Shown: positions 37,041-41,018 of the stretch, one piece after another | Layout of the letters: every line of letters begins with the position of its first letter | Position numbering within the stretch: position 1 is the stretch's first letter | Assembly: GCA_018662075.1 (NCBI GenBank) | Contig: JABJGX010000023.1 | Coordinates: forward strand, 1-41,018 | DNA: 41,018 bases | Reading direction: 5' to 3' | DNA from: Candidatus Peregrinibacteria bacterium | Lineage (GTDB): Bacteria; Patescibacteriota; Gracilibacteria; Peribacterales; Peribacteraceae | The notes under the pieces: model-generated | What the model was told of the DNA's origin: nothing | Seen by the model: the letters and a program-made list of their open reading frames with translations, nothing else | Database searches by the model: none | Position numbers and translations under genes: made by a program

Positions 37041-38483
37041 ATGAATGACGCAAAAAAGCATCAGTGGATTCTTATCATCCTGACACTTGCGATAGTTGTT
37101 GCTGTCGCTGGTTTGCTTGCACGGTGTTACTACGAACTGTCGGGAGTGATGTATGGAGATACAATGATTTTTCAGACAGTGGGCAGGGGAATGCTCAATG
37201 GACTGAAACCATATAGCGGTCTCTTTGAAACAAAACCACCAGGGATATTTATGATGCATGCACTATCGCTATGGTTATTTGATAGTCAGCTTCTTGTAAA
37301 AATATTGCAGGTATTGGCATTACTCACAATCCCAGTGATGGTCTTTATTCCTGCTGTACATTTTATGTCTGAGCGTTCAGCAAAGCAGCGACAGGTGCTG
37401 ACACTGACGTCTATACTTTTTGGTATTGTGCTTGCCCTGTATACAGGGGACCAAGCGGGTATGGGACTTACGGAAAGTTACGGAGTAGCGGCGGTTCTTT
37501 TGTATCTCTTTTTCTTATGTCGTCCAAAGCCAAACATACTTCTTCTTGGTGTTTTTATACTGATTGCAGTGGGACTAAAAGAGCCATTCCTACTTATTAT
37601 TCTTTCGTGTGTGCTTTTACTTAAGAAAAACCTCCTTCATGCATTTGTGTATCCACTACTTGTTGCAGTTTTTATGGGTTTGAGCATCTTGTTTGCACTT
37701 GGATACCTAGAACCATTTTTCTCTGTATACCTTCCGCATATGTTTGGTTTTCATGTATACCAACATAATGTACCTCTTCCGATTCGTGCACTTGAAGTGT
37801 GGCGCACATTTATAAATATAGGTGCGTATTCATGGTGGCTTGCCGGCTGCATTACCGTGCTATGGATTTCATCATTTTCTCGAGCAACAGCTCTACGATT
37901 GCTTACTGCGTCGTACCTTTTCTTTCTTGCAATTGCAGTTGGAGGGGATTTTTACGGTCATCACTTTGTCTTTGCTGTGCCATGTTATGTTGTGATGTAT
38001 TGGCTACTCCTTCAAGGGGTTGAGCGTTCTCGTTGGTGGATAAAAGTATTCGCACTCCTTCTTGTGTTGTCAGTTTTTCAGACACGCTTTATTTATCACA
38101 TTGATGAATGGCATCGAACAGAGGCTGACCATAAAGCAGTGGCCTCTGTAATAGATTCCGTTATGGATGATTGCGGATATGACCGGTATATTCAAATGAT
38201 TGCGAGAGGAGGAGGACCATATGCGTACACAAAACATAGTCCAGCAGGTCCGATATTTGTTCATTATTCACGCTTTATTGGTGGATCTCCGATGTATCAA
38301 TCGGCATATATTTCTGCACTTCAGAATGCTCCCTTAGCTTTTGTTCTTGATATTGATGAATCAAATTTCACGGACATAGCAAAGGAAATGATCAGAGAAA
38401 ACTTTTCTGAAAATGCTCCAGCATGTGCAGGGGAAGATTTTGTCCAGCCGTCTCCATACCATCTGCTCTTCCGCCTGGAATAG
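37041..38483 (+). CDS. Polytopic membrane protein, GT-C/ArnT-PMT-like glycosyltransferase
   Basis: About 11 TM segments; extracytoplasmic loop YGD...PY...FETKPPG; TE and KEP motifs. Confidence 0.65.
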   Translation: MNDAKKHQWILIILTLAIVVAVAGLLARCYYELSGVMYGDTMIFQTVGRGMLNGLKPYSGLFETKPPGIFMMHALSLWLFDSQLLVKILQVLALLTIPVMVFIPAVHFMSERSAKQRQVLTLTSILFGIVLALYTGDQAGMGLTESYGVAAVLLYLFFLCRPKPNILLLGVFILIAVGLKEPFLLIILSCVLLLKKNLLHAFVYPLLVAVFMGLSILFALGYLEPFFSVYLPHMFGFHVYQHNVPLPIRALEVWRTFINIGAYSWWLAGCITVLWISSFSRATALRLLTASYLFFLAIAVGGDFYGHHFVFAVPCYVVMYWLLLQGVERSRWWIKVFALLLVLSVFQTRFIYHIDEWHRTEADHKAVASVIDSVMDDCGYDRYIQMIARGGGPYAYTKHSPAGPIFVHYSRFIGGSPMYQSAYISALQNAPLAFVLDIDESNFTDIAKEMIRENFSENAPACAGEDFVQPSPYHLLFRLE

Positions 38484-38505
38484 GGAATATGATAGGATGT
38501 GTAGT

Positions 38506-39672
38506 ATGAAAAAACTCAATGCAGGAACCGCAATTATTGCTACCCTATTTATTGTTAGTGGAGCCATTTACGCCGGTAGTTGGCAGGCATCTTTATCAAA
38601 CTCGCAGGAAGACTGGGATGGAACGTATGATTCATATGACCAAGATTATAATTATCAGTCTTGTGGAGATGGTATGTGTGATAGTGATGAAGATGAGTAT
38701 TCATGTGATATAGATTGCGGCACGCCGTGTTATACCGTTGATTGTGCAGCTCCGCCTGAAGGATGCTGGTACGAGAACCCAGAGTTTGACCGTGAGTGCC
38801 AGGTATCGTGTGGACGGATGAAGTGTAAAGAGAAAGAAATAGAGAAGTTCGACTGTAATCCTATTGTGTGTGAGGACGGCAGAGGGCATCCGCGTTGTAC
38901 ACCAGAGGGCCATCCTATTAACTACTTTGTCGATCCATGTTTCAAATCATCAGCTCCTGAGATGTGCTTTTATAATGATCGTAAGTATGAAATAGGTGAG
39001 AAGTTTAAAGATGCTGACGATTGTAATACGTGTTACTGCGATGATGGTGGGAATGTCTCGTGTACAGAAATGTATTGTGGAGGTAATGATGACTCTAATA
39101 CTGAATATGAGGAAGAGGTTGTGACCGCTCCTCCTGTGATGAATAGATTTAGTGATGTTACGTCACAGACGCTTGAAGGAGAAGCTGCGAATGCATTAGC
39201 AGAAAAGGGTATTATTGGAGGTTTTCCTGACGGAAGTTTTAGAGGGAGCCAGCCTGTGAACAGAGCAGAGGCTGCGAAGTTCTTGTTAATGTCTCGTCTC
39301 GGTGTAAAGAACTCGGCGCTGAACAATGGTCGTTTCACAGATGTACTTGAAGGGGAGTGGTACGTGAAGTACATAGTAACTGCTGCAGACCTTGGTATTA
39401 TCGATGGATATAAAGACGGAACGTTTAGGCCCGCAAATACGGTGAACACTGCAGAATTCTTAAAGATGCTTACCGGTGCGTTCGATCTACCTCAGAACAT
39501 TGAGCATAGTTTCACAGATGTACCAACTGATGCATGGTTTGCGAGGTACGCAGGGGGTGCAGATGCATTTAACTTGTTCCCTGGAGGCTCAGAAGGAAAG
39601 CTTCAGCCAGAGAAATTACTAACAAGGGGGGAAGTTTCTATCGCAATCTATCGCATTCTGAATGCACAATAG
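38506..39672 (+). CDS. SLH-domain surface protein with Cys-rich region including a pacifastin/VWC-like domain
   Basis: Signal/TM; CNTCYCDDGGNVSCTEMYC; three SLH repeats (GFPDGSF...VNRAE; GYKDGTFRP; LTRGE). Confidence 0.85.
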   Translation: MKKLNAGTAIIATLFIVSGAIYAGSWQASLSNSQEDWDGTYDSYDQDYNYQSCGDGMCDSDEDEYSCDIDCGTPCYTVDCAAPPEGCWYENPEFDRECQVSCGRMKCKEKEIEKFDCNPIVCEDGRGHPRCTPEGHPINYFVDPCFKSSAPEMCFYNDRKYEIGEKFKDADDCNTCYCDDGGNVSCTEMYCGGNDDSNTEYEEEVVTAPPVMNRFSDVTSQTLEGEAANALAEKGIIGGFPDGSFRGSQPVNRAEAAKFLLMSRLGVKNSALNNGRFTDVLEGEWYVKYIVTAADLGIIDGYKDGTFRPANTVNTAEFLKMLTGAFDLPQNIEHSFTDVPTDAWFARYAGGADAFNLFPGGSEGKLQPEKLLTRGEVSIAIYRILNAQ

Positions 39673-39718
39673 GCCTGTTTTTCCTTTTAAATAAGCCATT
39701 TATCGCTAACATGCCGCC

Positions 39719-40372
39719 ATGTCAATCGCTCCAGACCGTATCCTGTATGAAGATGAACACCTACTCGCTGTAAACAAGCTGAGTGGAGAGCTCGTCGTAA
39801 AAGGAGCTGGTAAGGTGCAAAAGCTACCACTCTTTGATTTCCTTCAAACAGATTACCCAGGCCTTAGGGTTCTTCATCGATTGGACTTCGAGACTTCAGG
39901 AGTCGTGCTTTTTGCAAAAACAAAAGAGGCAGAGGCGAAGGTATTGAACACAAAATTTGAACAATGGGAGAAGACGTACCAATGTCTTGTCATGGGGCGT
40001 ATCAATAGACCAAGTGGTGCTATTCGAAAGAAGCTGCCAGCACGTGGAAGAGGAGTAGTAGATGCGGAAACGCTCTATACAGTTCTCGATCTTTTTGCGA
40101 ATTCATCGTATGTGGAATGCGTAATAACAACCGGTCGTTTTCACCAGATTCGTAAGCACTTTGCAGGAATAGAACATCCTTTGGTTTTAGATAAAGAATA
40201 CGGACATCCAAAGTTTAACCAGCTGTTTAAGCAAGAGCTTGGTTACAATAAGTTCTTTTTGCATTCAACAAGTCTTTCATTCCCACATCCAATAACTGGA
40301 AAAGATATGGTTATCGATGCCCCATTGCCAAAAGCATTTTCAGCTCTTATAAAGAAGTTACGGTCGTTGTAG
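39719..40372 (+). CDS. RluA-family RNA pseudouridine synthase
   Basis: LAVNK, HRLDFETSG, TGRFHQIRKH, LH motifs. Confidence 0.93.
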   Translation: MSIAPDRILYEDEHLLAVNKLSGELVVKGAGKVQKLPLFDFLQTDYPGLRVLHRLDFETSGVVLFAKTKEAEAKVLNTKFEQWEKTYQCLVMGRINRPSGAIRKKLPARGRGVVDAETLYTVLDLFANSSYVECVITTGRFHQIRKHFAGIEHPLVLDKEYGHPKFNQLFKQELGYNKFFLHSTSLSFPHPITGKDMVIDAPLPKAFSALIKKLRSL

Positions 40373-40400
40373 TTCGCAAAGTTTCCGCTACAATCAGGGC

Positions 40401-41018
40401 ATGAGAGTTCTTTCTGGATTCCAGCCATCGGGTCACTTCCACCTTGGAAATTATTTTGGTTCTATTTTACCAAATATAGAGTTTCAGAAAGAATCAGACG
40501 CAAGTTTCTTTATGGTGGCAGACTTGCACTCGCTTACGACTACTCGCGACCCAGAACAGTTGAGAACATTTACTATCGATAATGTTCGTGATTTCTTGGC
40601 ATGCGGGTTCGATCCATCTCATTCAGTACTGTTTCGTCAGTCTGCTGTTGCAGAGCATGCAGAGCTTGCATGGATACTCAGTACGTTGACACCTATGGGT
40701 CTTATGGAGAGGGCAGTGAGCTTTAAAGATAAAGTAGAGAGGGGAATAGACGCTAGTGTTGGGCTATTTACGTATCCTATTTTGCAGACTGCAGATATTA
40801 TTTTGTATCAGGCAGAGAAGGTACCAGTTGGTAGAGACCAGAAGCAGCACATTGAAATGGCACGTGATATTGCTGGAAAGTTTAACCATGCATATGGTGA
40901 GACGTTTGTTATTCCAGAGCCGATCATAAAAGACACTGCAGCAGTCGTACCAGGGACTGATGGGCAGAAGATGAGTAAGAGTTACGGAAATACTATTCCG
41001 TTCCTTGGAGAGGATGCA
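40401..41018 (+). CDS. trpS: Tryptophanyl-tRNA synthetase (partial, runs off the window; absent from the ORF track)
   Basis: MRVLSGFQPSGHFHLGNY, ADLHSLT, YPILQTADI, VPVGRDQKQH, KMSKSYGN. Confidence 0.95.
   Translation, partial: MRVLSGFQPSGHFHLGNYFGSILPNIEFQKESDASFFMVADLHSLTTTRDPEQLRTFTIDNVRDFLACGFDPSHSVLFRQSAVAEHAELAWILSTLTPMGLMERAVSFKDKVERGIDASVGLFTYPILQTADIILYQAEKVPVGRDQKQHIEMARDIAGKFNHAYGETFVIPEPIIKDTAAVVPGTDGQKMSKSYGNTIPFLGEDA

Noticed and set aside
36183..37259. 358-aa minus-strand ORF
   Set aside because: Antisense shadow of nhaA with no motifs.

Overview
About 41 kb of chromosomal DNA from a bacterium using the standard genetic code. The gene content points to a Patescibacteria/CPR organism, probably Peribacteria/Peregrinibacteria-like (inference): archaeal-type purP pair, CPR-type VirD4/TrwB-like ATPase, SLH proteins and mostly leaderless genes. 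Housekeeping genes are trxA, pgi, ruvA, rsmI, gyrA, rpmE, hrcA with CIRCE, trhO, glyA, 5-FTHF cyclo-ligase, dnaX, dcd, nhaA, an RluA-family synthase, partial trpS, tRNA-Cys and tRNA-Ala. No integrase, transposase, RT or CRISPR array was seen. The standout signal is non-coding. Two intergenic loci 24.6 kb apart (1593-1988 on +, 26580-26163 on -) look like paralogous, independently transcribed ~400-nt structured RNAs. They share an upstream box, the same start position relative to a sigma70 promoter, a GAUUUG 5' hairpin, an A/C-rich single-stranded tract, a conserved core (36/50 identical, ungapped) and an intrinsic terminator. I do not recognise this RNA family. Secondary observations: a third structured element behind tRNA-Cys, a partial tRNA-Ala duplication, SLH proteins with TIMP-like and pacifastin-like domains, and short-repeat insertions.
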